64,000 nt of DNA, from the NCBI GenBank assembly GCA_045649385.1, contig JAZRPT010000071.1, positions 7,160-71,159 on the forward strand. The letters run 5' to 3'. Made by a program: the position numbers and the translations under genes. This DNA is from Faecalimonas sp. GTDB lineage: Bacteria > Bacillota > Clostridia > Lachnospirales > Lachnospiraceae. Below are positions 10,457-20,674 of this stretch, in pieces (positions within the stretch are counted from its first letter, which is position 1; each line of letters starts with the position of its first letter). Below the pieces are notes generated by a model. The model did not search any database and was not told where the DNA came from. It worked only from the letters and a program-made list of their open reading frames with translations.

Positions 10457-10493
10457 ATGCTATCGCGCTGTGAAAGGTGCGGTAGCATTTTTT
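10457..10493 (+). repeat. Repeated terminator-like hairpin, copy 3
   Basis: ATGCTATCGCGCT-GTGAAA-GGTGCGGTAGCAT-TTTTT. Confidence 0.85.
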
Positions 10494-10513
10494 CGACTTT
10501 TCTCGCGTAGCAC

Positions 10514-10542
10514 TTGTAAAAAGATACATTTAGGAGTATAAT
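10514..10542 (+). promoter_or_regulatory. sigma-A promoter of polysaccharide locus 1
   Basis: TTGTAA-17 nt-TATAAT. Confidence 0.65.
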
Positions 10543-10604
10543 AAATTAGTTGAAGTATGTCTATTCAACACAAGAGAAATGAAAGTAACTTGGAGTTAAG
10601 AAGT

Positions 10605-11768
10605 ATGAAGCAGGAAGTCCAGTATTTGTTGGAAATTGTAAAGTACATATTGAATAAACAGCAGGGTGCAGCACCAATTCCAGCAAAAGATATGGATTGG
10701 GAGGCACTGATTAAGTTAGCAAAGAACCACAGCATTCTGAACTTGGTACATTATGCAGTGGATAAACTGCCTGATGAACACAAGCCAGATGCTGATAGGT
10801 GTAAACTCCTATATCAGGCTTCTGTCAATGCGATTGTGAGAAATTACAATCAGATAGAAGGAATTAAGGAAATCTTCCAGAAGTTCGAGGAAGAAGGTAT
10901 CTACGTGTTCGCGGTAAAAGGGATTTGCACAAAGAATTATTATCCGCAGACAGATATGCGAACCATGGGGGATATTGATTTACTATATCAACCGCAACAA
11001 GATGCCAAAGTAAGAAAAGCAATGCAGGAGTTAGGGTATGATGGACGCGTTGAGGGAAGACAGCATGACTGTTATTCCAGACCACCGTACGTGGCTGTAG
11101 AAATGCATCGTGATTTGGTGGAAGCTGATTCTGCATATAGTACATATTATGAGACAATATGGGAACGTGTAAAACCAAAAGAAAGTTTTCAATATGTGTA
11201 TGAATTATCACTGGAAGATGAGTTTATATATACATTTGTTCATTTGGTAAGGCATTTCCAAGATGGTGGAATAGGAATTCGTTTTGTAATGGATGTCTAT
11301 GTCTATAGTCATTTAGAAGGAATGAATTGGCATTATGTAGAGGCGGAATTGAAGAAACTTGGGTTATGGGAGTTTTTCACAAATCTCTCGGAACTTGCAG
11401 AAGTTTGGTTTGGAACTGAAACATGTTCAGAAAAAGGAGATAGCGAGATTATAAATAAGCTAACATCGTATATTATATCGAACGGAACATTTGGAACATC
11501 AAAAAATGCGGCGGCAGTTCTAGTTGCAAGAAACGGAAGAAATCGATTTATATTAAAGACGGTTTTCCCAAATTTAAGAAACATGCAATCAATGTTTTCG
11601 TGGTTAAATAAATGGCCAATTTTGCTACCATATGCATGGTTGTTGCGTGGGGTTAGAAGTATAACAACAAGACGAAAGAACATACATGAACAATTAGATA
11701 GATATAAAAATGGTGATGAAGAATACGGAAGGGAATTGCAAAGATTCTTTGAAACGTGTGGATTATAA
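10605..11768 (+). CDS. Uncharacterised nucleotidyltransferase family protein (NTP_transf_5-like)
   Basis: VKG...YP...RTMGDIDLL and VEMHRDL motifs, H-x-x-x-H...GGIGIR; ORF open from 10557, RBS favours 10605. Confidence 0.85.
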   Translation: MKQEVQYLLEIVKYILNKQQGAAPIPAKDMDWEALIKLAKNHSILNLVHYAVDKLPDEHKPDADRCKLLYQASVNAIVRNYNQIEGIKEIFQKFEEEGIYVFAVKGICTKNYYPQTDMRTMGDIDLLYQPQQDAKVRKAMQELGYDGRVEGRQHDCYSRPPYVAVEMHRDLVEADSAYSTYYETIWERVKPKESFQYVYELSLEDEFIYTFVHLVRHFQDGGIGIRFVMDVYVYSHLEGMNWHYVEAELKKLGLWEFFTNLSELAEVWFGTETCSEKGDSEIINKLTSYIISNGTFGTSKNAAAVLVARNGRNRFILKTVFPNLRNMQSMFSWLNKWPILLPYAWLLRGVRSITTRRKNIHEQLDRYKNGDEEYGRELQRFFETCGL

Positions 11769-11790
11769 AAGAATGAAAGCAGGAAAAGTT

Positions 11791-12912
11791 ATGAGGAAAA
11801 GAATTTATCTTTCTTCGCCAACAATGCACGGGGAAGAACAAAAATATATTCAAGAAGCATTTGATACTAACTGGGTAGCACCACTTGGACCAAATGTAAA
11901 TGCTTTTGAAAAAGAGATGGCAGAATATGTAGGAATCAGACATGCTACTGCATTAAGTGCCGGAACGGCGGCCTTGCATTTGGCGATGAAATTAGCGGGA
12001 GTAAAAGCAGGAGACAGGGTGTTTGTTTCTTCACTTACATTTTCAGCCACCTGTAATCCTATTACATATGAAAATGCAATTCCGGTATTTATTGATTCTG
12101 AAAGAGATACTTGGAACATGTCGCCGGATGCATTAAGAAAAGCATTTGAAAAATATCCGGATACAAGGGTGGTTGTAGTAGTGCATCTCTACGGGACACC
12201 TTGTAAATTGGATGAGATTATGGCAATCTGCAAAGAACATGGAGCAATACTCATTGAAGATGCCGCAGAGAGTCTGGGTGCAACCTACAAAGGTAAAATG
12301 ACGGGTACGTTTGGAAAATACGGTATCTACTCATTCAATGGAAATAAAATCATCACAACTTCAGGTGGCGGAATGCTTGTATCTGAGAGTGAAGAAGATA
12401 TGAAAAAAGCAATCTTCTGGGCTACCCAAGCAAGAGAGCCAGAAAGACATTACGAGCATAAAGAGATTGGATATAATTACCGAATGTCGAACGTTGTAGC
12501 GGGAATTGGACGTGGTCAGTTGCTTCATCTAGATGAACATGTTGCTTTGAAAAAGAAAATTTATGATACATACAAAAAGGCCTTTGCAGATATTGCAGAT
12601 ATTGAAATGAACCCAATTCCAGAAGAGTGTGAGGCAAACTATTGGTTGTCTTGTATTACTTTAAAGTCAGGATGTAAGGTGACACCACTTGATATTATGA
12701 TTGCATTAGAAAATGAAAATATTGAAAGCAGACCAATCTGGAAGCCAATGCACTTGCAACCAGTGTATGCAGAAAATGATTTTATTACAACAGAGGAAAA
12801 GGCAAGTGTGGGTGAAGATATCTTTAACCGAGGCGTGTGTCTGCCAAGTGATATTAAGATGACTGAGGAAGACATTGAGAAAGTAATTGATATTATAAAA
12901 TCATTATTTTAA
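11791..12912 (+). CDS. DegT/DnrJ/EryC1/StrS PLP-dependent sugar aminotransferase (PglE/EpsN-like)
   Basis: IEDAAESLG, SFNGNKIITTSGGG and GYNYRMSN motifs; ORF open from 11710. Confidence 0.93.
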   Translation: MRKRIYLSSPTMHGEEQKYIQEAFDTNWVAPLGPNVNAFEKEMAEYVGIRHATALSAGTAALHLAMKLAGVKAGDRVFVSSLTFSATCNPITYENAIPVFIDSERDTWNMSPDALRKAFEKYPDTRVVVVVHLYGTPCKLDEIMAICKEHGAILIEDAAESLGATYKGKMTGTFGKYGIYSFNGNKIITTSGGGMLVSESEEDMKKAIFWATQAREPERHYEHKEIGYNYRMSNVVAGIGRGQLLHLDEHVALKKKIYDTYKKAFADIADIEMNPIPEECEANYWLSCITLKSGCKVTPLDIMIALENENIESRPIWKPMHLQPVYAENDFITTEEKASVGEDIFNRGVCLPSDIKMTEEDIEKVIDIIKSLF

Positions 12913-12924
12913 GGAAAAGAGAGA

Positions 12925-13536
12925 ATGTATAAAAAATATTTCAAAAGGATAATGGATTTCATATTATCTCTGTTTGCGATTATTGTATTATCACCAGTGC
13001 TTCTACTTGTGGCAATCTTGGTGAGAACAAAGCTAGGAAGTCCAGTATTGTTTAAGCAAGAAAGACCGGGAAAAGATGAGAAAATCTTTAAGTTATACAA
13101 ATTTCGCACTATGACGGATGAAAAAGATGAGGATGGGAATTTGTTGCCTGACGAAGTGAGATTAACAAAATTTGGCAAAATGCTTCGTTCCACAAGTTTG
13201 GATGAACTACCGGAGTTATTTAATATTCTAAAGGGTGACATGAGCATCATTGGACCTAGACCTTTGTTGGTAAGATATTTACCTAGATATAATGCAGAAC
13301 AGAAGCGCCGTCATGAAGTAAGACCGGGTCTTAGTGGGTTGGCTCAGGTGAATGGGCGAAATGCCATTAGTTGGGAAGAAAAGTTTAAGTATGATGTGGA
13401 ATATGTTGAACATGTGACATTTCTGGGTGATTGGAAAATTATTTTTCAAACAGTGTGGAACGTACTTAAACGTGATGGAATTAGTTCAGAAACAAGTGTA
13501 ACCATGGAAGAATTCATGGGTAATGTGTCAGAATAG
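12925..13536 (+). CDS. Priming undecaprenyl-phosphate sugar phosphotransferase (PglC/EpsL-like)
   Basis: [23 protein letters not shown] and [10 protein letters not shown] motifs. Confidence 0.93.
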   Translation: MYKKYFKRIMDFILSLFAIIVLSPVLLLVAILVRTKLGSPVLFKQERPGKDEKIFKLYKFRTMTDEKDEDGNLLPDEVRLTKFGKMLRSTSLDELPELFNILKGDMSIIGPRPLLVRYLPRYNAEQKRRHEVRPGLSGLAQVNGRNAISWEEKFKYDVEYVEHVTFLGDWKIIFQTVWNVLKRDGISSETSVTMEEFMGNVSE

Positions 13537-13544
13537 GGGTACAT

Positions 13545-15302
13545 ATGTATAACAAATTAATTATTATAGGTGCAGGTGGACATGGGAAAGTTGTGGCAGA
13601 CATTGCAACAAAAACACAAAAGTATGGAGAAATTCAATTTCTGGATGATAATGTAGATGTAAAGGAATGCGTGGGCTTTCCGATTGTAGGAACGAGTACG
13701 GAAGCAAAACAATATATTGGAGAGGCAGAATTTTTTGTTGCAATTGGTAATGCAAAACACAGAAAAAAAATTATGGAGCAACTCGAAAAAAATAGTGCAG
13801 TTTTCGCAACACTTATTCATCCTAATGCCAGTGTGGGTATAGAGGTGTCAATAGGGATAGGAACTGTAGTGATGGCAGGTGCAGTTGTTAATTCGGACAC
13901 AGTTATAGGAAAAGGTTGTATTATAAATACTTGTGCGTCCATTGATCATGATTGTTGTGTAGATGATTATGTTCATGTGTCCGTAGGAGCGCATTTATGT
14001 GGTACTGTAAAGGTGGGAGAAGAAACCCTAATTGGTGCAGGCGCAACTGTAAAAAATAATGTGAATATCTGTGGGGGATGTGTTATTAGCACAGGTGCTG
14101 CTGTAATCAAAAATATAGAAGAAGAAGGAATTTATATGGGCGTTCCTTCGAAAAAAAGAAAAATAAAGAAAATATGTTTTGTAACAACAATCTCAACGAC
14201 AATAAAAGCTTTTCTTATACCATTTGCAACATATTTGCATGACTATGGAAATTATGACGTGACTTTTATATGTGATAAAGATGAACAATTAACAGAAATT
14301 ATTCCACCATATATGCATTATATTCCAGTGGGAATGAAAAGAGGAATGAGTTTATCCGGTGTCAAATCGGTTTTTGATTTGAAGAAGGTGTTTGAAAAAG
14401 AGCAATTTGATATTGTTCAATACTCTACACCAAATGCTGCTTTTTATGCTTCAATTGCCGCAAAAATGGCGAAGGTCAAGAATCGAGTATATTGTCAATG
14501 GGGCATAAGATATATGGGATTTAAAGGGGTTGCTAGAAAAATTTTTAAGAAAATAGAACAAATAACATGCAGAAACTCTACTTATATTGAGTCTGAAAGC
14601 TTCAATTTATATGAATTTAGCTTGAAAGAAAAATTATATGATAGAAATAAAGCATGTGTTATTTGGAATGGAAGTGCTAGTGGCGTGGATTTGGCAAAAT
14701 TTGATATTTCACAGAAGGAAAAATGGAGAAAAACTATTAGAACTGAGTATGGTATCAAGGATGATGAAGTGACTTTTGGATATGCCGGAAGAATTACTAG
14801 AGATAAAGGAATTAACGAGTTGTTGGAGGCATTCCAAATGATTGTGGAAAAAGGAAATGCTAGATTGTTACTTATAGGAACAATTGATGGAAAAGGTTTC
14901 CTTGAACAGGAGTTATTTGAATGGGCACAAAAAAATAATAAAATATCATGGGTAGAGTGGACAGCAGAAACCGAGAAATATTTTGCGGCATTAGATGTGT
15001 TTGTTTCACCGAGTTATCGAGAAGGATTTGGATTGGTTGTGATTGAGGCTGAAGCAATGGGAATACCTGCAATTGTTTCTGATGTACCGGGACAGATTGA
15101 TGCCATTATGGAAAATGAAACAGGCTTAGCTGTTGCAGTGAAGAGTGCAGCAGATTTGGCGCGGGCAATGTGTCAGTTAATGGAAACAGAAGAAGTAAGA
15201 CAACGGTATGGAAAAGCGGCGAGAAAATTTGTAGAAGACAATTATGAACAACAAACACTTTTCTCACATCTTTTACAAAAACGAGATGGATTATTAAAAT
15301 AG
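13545..15302 (+). CDS. Fusion: PglD/NeuD-like hexapeptide acetyltransferase plus GT4 glycosyltransferase
   Basis: GAGGHG and hexapeptide repeats in about aa 1-200; GRITRDKG and SYREGFGLVVIEA in the C-terminal GT-B part. Confidence 0.88.
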   Translation: MYNKLIIIGAGGHGKVVADIATKTQKYGEIQFLDDNVDVKECVGFPIVGTSTEAKQYIGEAEFFVAIGNAKHRKKIMEQLEKNSAVFATLIHPNASVGIEVSIGIGTVVMAGAVVNSDTVIGKGCIINTCASIDHDCCVDDYVHVSVGAHLCGTVKVGEETLIGAGATVKNNVNICGGCVISTGAAVIKNIEEEGIYMGVPSKKRKIKKICFVTTISTTIKAFLIPFATYLHDYGNYDVTFICDKDEQLTEIIPPYMHYIPVGMKRGMSLSGVKSVFDLKKVFEKEQFDIVQYSTPNAAFYASIAAKMAKVKNRVYCQWGIRYMGFKGVARKIFKKIEQITCRNSTYIESESFNLYEFSLKEKLYDRNKACVIWNGSASGVDLAKFDISQKEKWRKTIRTEYGIKDDEVTFGYAGRITRDKGINELLEAFQMIVEKGNARLLLIGTIDGKGFLEQELFEWAQKNNKISWVEWTAETEKYFAALDVFVSPSYREGFGLVVIEAEAMGIPAIVSDVPGQIDAIMENETGLAVAVKSAADLARAMCQLMETEEVRQRYGKAARKFVEDNYEQQTLFSHLLQKRDGLLK

Positions 15303-15329
15303 ATTAGTATATAAAGAGAGGAAATACAT

Positions 15330-16115
15330 ATGCCGAAAGTAAGTGTTTTGATGGGGGCATATAATTGCGCGGCGACGATTGGAAAGAGCATAGAATCCAT
15401 TATTGCTCAAACATATGAGGATTGGGAGTTATTAATATGTGATGATGGTTCGGTAGACAATACATTGGATATAATTAGAGCATATGCGAAAAAGGATAAA
15501 CGTATTAAGGTTTTATTTAATGAGAGAAATCGAGGTTTATCATATACGTTAAATCGTTGTATTGAGATTGCTGAAGGAGAATATTGTGCTCGCATGGATG
15601 GAGATGATTTATGCGATGAAACAAGATTTGAAAAGCAGGTAGATTTTTTGGATAAGCATACAGAATATGGATTTGTTAGCACTACTATGAAACGCTTTGA
15701 TGAGCAAGGGGTGTATCAAGTTCCTGAGAAAAAACCATCCTATTCACCAACCGTTAAGGATTTTATCAAGGGCTCTCCGTTTTGTCATGCACCTGCAATG
15801 TTACGAAGAACTGCGTATTTAGAAGTGGGTGGCTACAGAGATATTAAGAAAACGCGAGGAGTTGAAGACTATGACTTGTGGTTTCGTTTATATTCTAGGA
15901 ATATACGAGGAAGTATTATTAACGAACCATTATACAGTATGTTTGATGGAAGAGATGCGGCTCACAGAAGAACTTTCAACCGTCGATTAAACGAAGCTTG
16001 GGTGAGAAAACAGGGATATCAGATGTTGAATATTCCAATTTTAAATTATATTTATGTTTTAAAGCCTATTATTATTGGATTTATTCCGCAGTGTGTATAT
16101 AAAATAATTAGATAA
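15330..16115 (+). CDS. GT2 glycosyltransferase
   Basis: VSVLMGAYN, DDGS, ARMDGDD and EDYDLW motifs. Confidence 0.92.
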   Translation: MPKVSVLMGAYNCAATIGKSIESIIAQTYEDWELLICDDGSVDNTLDIIRAYAKKDKRIKVLFNERNRGLSYTLNRCIEIAEGEYCARMDGDDLCDETRFEKQVDFLDKHTEYGFVSTTMKRFDEQGVYQVPEKKPSYSPTVKDFIKGSPFCHAPAMLRRTAYLEVGGYRDIKKTRGVEDYDLWFRLYSRNIRGSIINEPLYSMFDGRDAAHRRTFNRRLNEAWVRKQGYQMLNIPILNYIYVLKPIIIGFIPQCVYKIIR

Positions 16116-16131
16116 GTATAGGACTTGTATT

Positions 16132-17256
16132 ATGTTTTTGGTTTCATTGTGTACGTTTTTGTATGTATTTATTTTATTTCTTGGACGAAATGGACAACGT
16201 AGAATTCAATGCCCTGCCAAAGGATTTAATGGTGAATGGAAATTTGAAATAAATAAGCAAATATTTATTGCTGTTGCATCTGTATTAATATGTACATCAA
16301 CATTGCGATATGGATGGATAGATACTTATGCCTATAAAGAGATGTATGTTTTATCAAGGGGAAATCTTTTGTATGTGAACAGTGCACCATATGGTGTGGA
16401 AGCAGGATGGCTCTATTTTTGCTACTTGTTGAATTTTATTTCAGCAAGTCCCAAATTACTGTTATTTGTTTCAGCAACAATTATCATAGCAGCATATGTT
16501 TCCTTGATAAAAAGATATTCATGCGACCCAATTTTTTCGTTGATTATATTCTTTTGCATATTGTATATGGACACAAACAATGGATTAAGACAAATGGTGG
16601 CAACATCTATTATTATGCTTGCGTTTCCATTGCTAACTAGCAAAAAGATTTGGAAATATATTTTATATGGCGTTGTAGTTTTATTTGCAATGCAATTACA
16701 TACATCGGCTGTTGTTTGTTTCTTTTTGTTGTTTGTAGTTATAGGCAGACCGTTTAATTTTAAAGTAAAACTAGCTGTAATATTTGGAGTTGTATTTACT
16801 TTGGCGCCTGAATTAATTAATGATTATATGGGCGAAATATTTAGCGATAGTAAATATCTATATTACTTAGATATGTCCGGTGGAATGACCTTTTTGCGAG
16901 CGTTTATAACTGGAATTTTCCCTGCATTGCTTACGTTTTTCTATTTGCGGAGATGTAAGAAGAATTGTATAAAAATTGATTATACAGAAGGAATTTTGGT
17001 TAACCTTCTTTTGATCAATTCGATGTTTATCCTAATGGGATGCTATATGGCATACTGGAACAGAATGGGATTTTATACGGCGTTTGCACCGATTTTATTA
17101 ATACCCAAGTTGTCCCAAAGCATGTTTATAAGAGAGCAGAGAAAGATGGTAAAACTGATAGCTATTTGTCTTTATTCGTTGTTCTTTGCATACAACATAT
17201 ATGTAAATATCGGTTACGGTGCGATAGATGATTTTTATATATCATTATTTAAATAG
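16132..17256 (+). CDS. EpsG-family polysaccharide polymerase (Wzy)
   Basis: Polytopic; LRYGWIDTYAY, EAGW, NGLRQMVA and HTSA motifs. Confidence 0.85.
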   Translation: MFLVSLCTFLYVFILFLGRNGQRRIQCPAKGFNGEWKFEINKQIFIAVASVLICTSTLRYGWIDTYAYKEMYVLSRGNLLYVNSAPYGVEAGWLYFCYLLNFISASPKLLLFVSATIIIAAYVSLIKRYSCDPIFSLIIFFCILYMDTNNGLRQMVATSIIMLAFPLLTSKKIWKYILYGVVVLFAMQLHTSAVVCFFLLFVVIGRPFNFKVKLAVIFGVVFTLAPELINDYMGEIFSDSKYLYYLDMSGGMTFLRAFITGIFPALLTFFYLRRCKKNCIKIDYTEGILVNLLLINSMFILMGCYMAYWNRMGFYTAFAPILLIPKLSQSMFIREQRKMVKLIAICLYSLFFAYNIYVNIGYGAIDDFYISLFK

Positions 17257-17258
17257 AA

Positions 17259-18392
17259 GTGAGGAAAGAGATGCTCAAGGTATTATTTTTTATTCCTAAT
17301 CTTGCACATGGAGGAGCAGAACGTGTGCTAGTTAATTTAGTGAACCATATGAATTACGACCAATTTGACATTACGGTTCAGACAATGTTTGATGTGGGAA
17401 TTTACAAGAATAAATTAAATAAACAGGTTAGATATATTGGAGGATTTCCTTGGTATTTCAAAGGGAATACGATTGTTTACAAGTTGTTTTCACCGAAGAC
17501 ATTATATAAAATGTATATAAAAGAACAGTATGACATTATTGTTTCATATTTGGAAGGGCCGAGTGCAAGAGTAGTGAGTGGTTGTACTGCTGCGAGTACA
17601 AAATTGATCAACTGGATGCATATCGAACTTGAAAATAAAGAATATGCAATACAAGTATTTCGAAATATGGCTGAGGCTGAGAAATGTTATAAACGTTTTG
17701 ACCGTATTGCATGTGTATCGGAAACTGTAAGAGAAAGTTTTAAGCAAATGTTCAAGGTAGATGTGCCGGTAGAGGTTTATTATAATACTGTGGAGACGGA
17801 ACAGATTCGAAAACTTGCAGGAGAACCAATTGAAGATATACAGTTCAAGAAAGATGAATTAAATGTAATATCTGTTGCAAAATTAATGAAATCCAAGGGT
17901 TATGATCGTCTGGTGAAAATTCAAAGGAAGTTGCGAGAGGAAGGTCATAAAACACATATTTATATAGTTGGAAAAGGTGAAGAATTGGCAGAACTTGAAA
18001 GTATGGTCGAGGAAAACGGATTAAAAGATTCTTGGACATTTATTGGATTTAAAGGGAATCCATATAAATATGTGAAGCAAGCAGATTTGTATGTGTGTTC
18101 TTCACGTAAGGAAGGATTTAGTACAGCAGTAACAGAAGCACTGATTGTAGGAACTCCGGTTGTAAGTACAGATTGTTCCGGTGCAAGGGAACTTCTTGGA
18201 TATAACGATGAATATGGAATTGTAACTGACAATCACGAGGATGCATTACTTGAAGGAATTAAGAAAATGATCACTGAGCCAGGAATGTTAAAACATTATA
18301 AAAAGCAAGCTGAAATCAGAGGAGATAAGTTCAGCACGGAAGAGACTGTAATAGAAGTGGAAAAAATGTTGAATGAAATAGTTGCAAAATAA
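17259..18392 (+). CDS. GT4 glycosyltransferase
   Basis: GGAERV, KGYDRL and SRKEGFSTAVTEA motifs. Confidence 0.9.
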   Translation: MRKEMLKVLFFIPNLAHGGAERVLVNLVNHMNYDQFDITVQTMFDVGIYKNKLNKQVRYIGGFPWYFKGNTIVYKLFSPKTLYKMYIKEQYDIIVSYLEGPSARVVSGCTAASTKLINWMHIELENKEYAIQVFRNMAEAEKCYKRFDRIACVSETVRESFKQMFKVDVPVEVYYNTVETEQIRKLAGEPIEDIQFKKDELNVISVAKLMKSKGYDRLVKIQRKLREEGHKTHIYIVGKGEELAELESMVEENGLKDSWTFIGFKGNPYKYVKQADLYVCSSRKEGFSTAVTEALIVGTPVVSTDCSGARELLGYNDEYGIVTDNHEDALLEGIKKMITEPGMLKHYKKQAEIRGDKFSTEETVIEVEKMLNEIVAK

Positions 18393-18437
18393 CAATTTGT
18401 GATTAGTGCAAAACTTGCTATTGAGGTATTGAGGAAA

Positions 18438-19514
18438 ATGAATATTTGTATTTTTAATGGGGATATGTCTAGAGGTGGTGGCACAGAACGGATTACACAA
18501 ATTTTGGCCAACGGCCTAGTTGACAGAAAAGGTTATACAATAACAGTTTTAAATTTGAATAATGAGTCCGAGAATAGCTATTACCCGCTAAATGGCAAAG
18601 TAATATTTAAAGTTCTTCGTTCAAAAGGCATTATGAGTAAAATTTTTGAATTGAGGAAATTTCTAAAAGCAGAAAAGTTTGATATTTTAATTAATGTCGA
18701 TATAATGTTAGGAATATATTCCTTGCCAGCAAGTGTTTTTCTAACCCATACGAAAATAGTTTCGTGGGAAATGTTTAATATTCGTAATGACATAGGAAGT
18801 AAATATACTAAAATGATTCGAAAAGTATGTCTGAGAAAAAGCGCCTATTATATAAATCAGACGAAAGGGGATATGGACGCTTTTAATAATGAAATGCCAG
18901 TAAGGTGTCCTATTACTTATATTTATAACCCTTGTCAGGTGGACCTGTCGTATATGGGATATAACATAGAATCTAAAATTATATTAACAGCGGGACATTT
19001 TTTCTATACAAAAGGATATGATTTAGCAGTTGAAATTGCGAAAAAGGTGTTTCAAAAACATCCAGAATGGAGTTGGGAATTCTATGGTGATGGACAAGAA
19101 TTAGATGAGGTAAGGAACAAGGTTTGGGAATGTGGATTAGAGAAAAATATTATATTTTGTGGAAGAACGAATGATATAACATCTGTTTATAAAAAGGCGG
19201 CGATGTATGTAATGACTTCGAGAAGTGAGGGTTTTGGATTAGTTCTCACAGAGGCTAAGGCATGTAACCTTCCTACTTTAGCATATGATATTGATTTTGG
19301 ACCGAGGGAAATCATTGAGCATAACGTGAGTGGTTATTTAGTTGAGGCGTTTGACTCAGATGCAATGGCGGGTAGAATCTGCGAATTAATAGAGGATAAT
19401 GAAAAAAGAACATTGTTTTCAAATAGAGCAAAAGATAATTGTTGGAAGTTCACGCAACAGGCCTTTCTCGATAAGTGGATAGAAATTTTTGAGGAAATAG
19501 CTGAAAAAGATTAA
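18438..19514 (+). CDS. GT4 glycosyltransferase
   Basis: GGGTER, KGYD and SRSEGFGLVLTEA motifs; ORF open from 18399. Confidence 0.9.
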   Translation: MNICIFNGDMSRGGGTERITQILANGLVDRKGYTITVLNLNNESENSYYPLNGKVIFKVLRSKGIMSKIFELRKFLKAEKFDILINVDIMLGIYSLPASVFLTHTKIVSWEMFNIRNDIGSKYTKMIRKVCLRKSAYYINQTKGDMDAFNNEMPVRCPITYIYNPCQVDLSYMGYNIESKIILTAGHFFYTKGYDLAVEIAKKVFQKHPEWSWEFYGDGQELDEVRNKVWECGLEKNIIFCGRTNDITSVYKKAAMYVMTSRSEGFGLVLTEAKACNLPTLAYDIDFGPREIIEHNVSGYLVEAFDSDAMAGRICELIEDNEKRTLFSNRAKDNCWKFTQQAFLDKWIEIFEEIAEKD

Positions 19515-19556
19515 AAGTAAAAAATTTGAAATAATGAAAAATATGGAGGAAAATTC

Positions 19557-20666
19557 GTGAAAATAGCGGTTATCACATTTAGCGATTTTAATACAAACTA
19601 TGGATCAATGTTACAAGCCTTCGCACTCAAAACGTATCTGGAAGGTCTAGGACATCAGGTAACATTTATTAAATATAGAGAGTTTAATAAAGATTTAAAT
19701 AAAGGTAAAAAATTAAAAGAGCGCGTAGTTTTGTTTGCAAAAAAGACAATTTTATCCGTGTACGCGTTGTTAAAAAGGAAAGATATTAAGTCTACAAAAG
19801 AAAATTTCTGTTCTTTTAAAAAAGAGTATTTTCAATACACACCATTATATACATCTAATGAAGAGTTAAGAGACAAATTGGAACAATTTGATTGTTATAT
19901 TTGCGGAAGTGATCAAATATGGAATTTGTCTTGTTTAGGAGGATTAAGAACTCCGTATTTTTTGGAGTTTGTGCCAGAAGATAAGATTAAAATAGCTTAT
20001 GCTGCCAGTATGGGCGAATATCACTTTAATAATGAGGAAAGCAACAAAATAAGAACTTTATTAGAACGCTTAGATGCCATTTCTCTTAGGGAGGAAGATA
20101 ATGTAGATGAGGTTCAGAAATTGACAAAAGTAGATGTGTCCAGCGTGGTGGATCCAGTTTTTTTATTGAATAAGGATGAATGGTCGCGCTACATATCAAA
20201 ACCATTAGTTGAAGGCGAGTATGGAGTTTGCTATTTCGTCAGACGTTCTAACTTTGGTAAAAAAGTTGTTGGACTGTTAAGGAAGAAATTCAATATTCCA
20301 ATTTATAATCTAAGTGATAATTTAAATTATATAAAGGGAACATCAGATGAGTTTATATCAGTAGGACCAATGGAATTTGTTAACTTAATTAAGAATGCAA
20401 AGTTTACAGTTGGTACATCTTTTCATCTCACAGCGTTTTCTGTTATTTTTGGTACACCGTTTTTGGCAGTGGGACTCGAATCGAATCGTTCAAGAATATG
20501 TAATTTGTTGAAATTAGTTGATATGGAGAGGAATTATGTGACAGAAATAACAGATTTTAATTTGGTGTTGCAATCTTTTCTTAGGTGGATAAAAGAAGAT
20601 GGGGCTTTAAATAAACGTATTGAATACTCAAAGTCTTTTTTGCACAGAAATTTGAATAAAGAGTAA
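19557..20666 (+). CDS. Polysaccharide pyruvyl transferase family protein
   Basis: NYGSMLQAFAL, GSDQIWN, SLRE, DPVFLL and TSFH motifs. Confidence 0.9.
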   Translation: MKIAVITFSDFNTNYGSMLQAFALKTYLEGLGHQVTFIKYREFNKDLNKGKKLKERVVLFAKKTILSVYALLKRKDIKSTKENFCSFKKEYFQYTPLYTSNEELRDKLEQFDCYICGSDQIWNLSCLGGLRTPYFLEFVPEDKIKIAYAASMGEYHFNNEESNKIRTLLERLDAISLREEDNVDEVQKLTKVDVSSVVDPVFLLNKDEWSRYISKPLVEGEYGVCYFVRRSNFGKKVVGLLRKKFNIPIYNLSDNLNYIKGTSDEFISVGPMEFVNLIKNAKFTVGTSFHLTAFSVIFGTPFLAVGLESNRSRICNLLKLVDMERNYVTEITDFNLVLQSFLRWIKEDGALNKRIEYSKSFLHRNLNKE

Positions 20667-20674
20667 AATGAGAG

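Noticed and set aside
5761-10493. Hairpin repeats as a CRISPR array or integron attC sites
   Set aside because: Spacing is irregular (4.2 kb and 0.46 kb), there are no cas or integrase genes and no GTTRRRY/RYYYAAC ends, and the T-tails indicate terminators.
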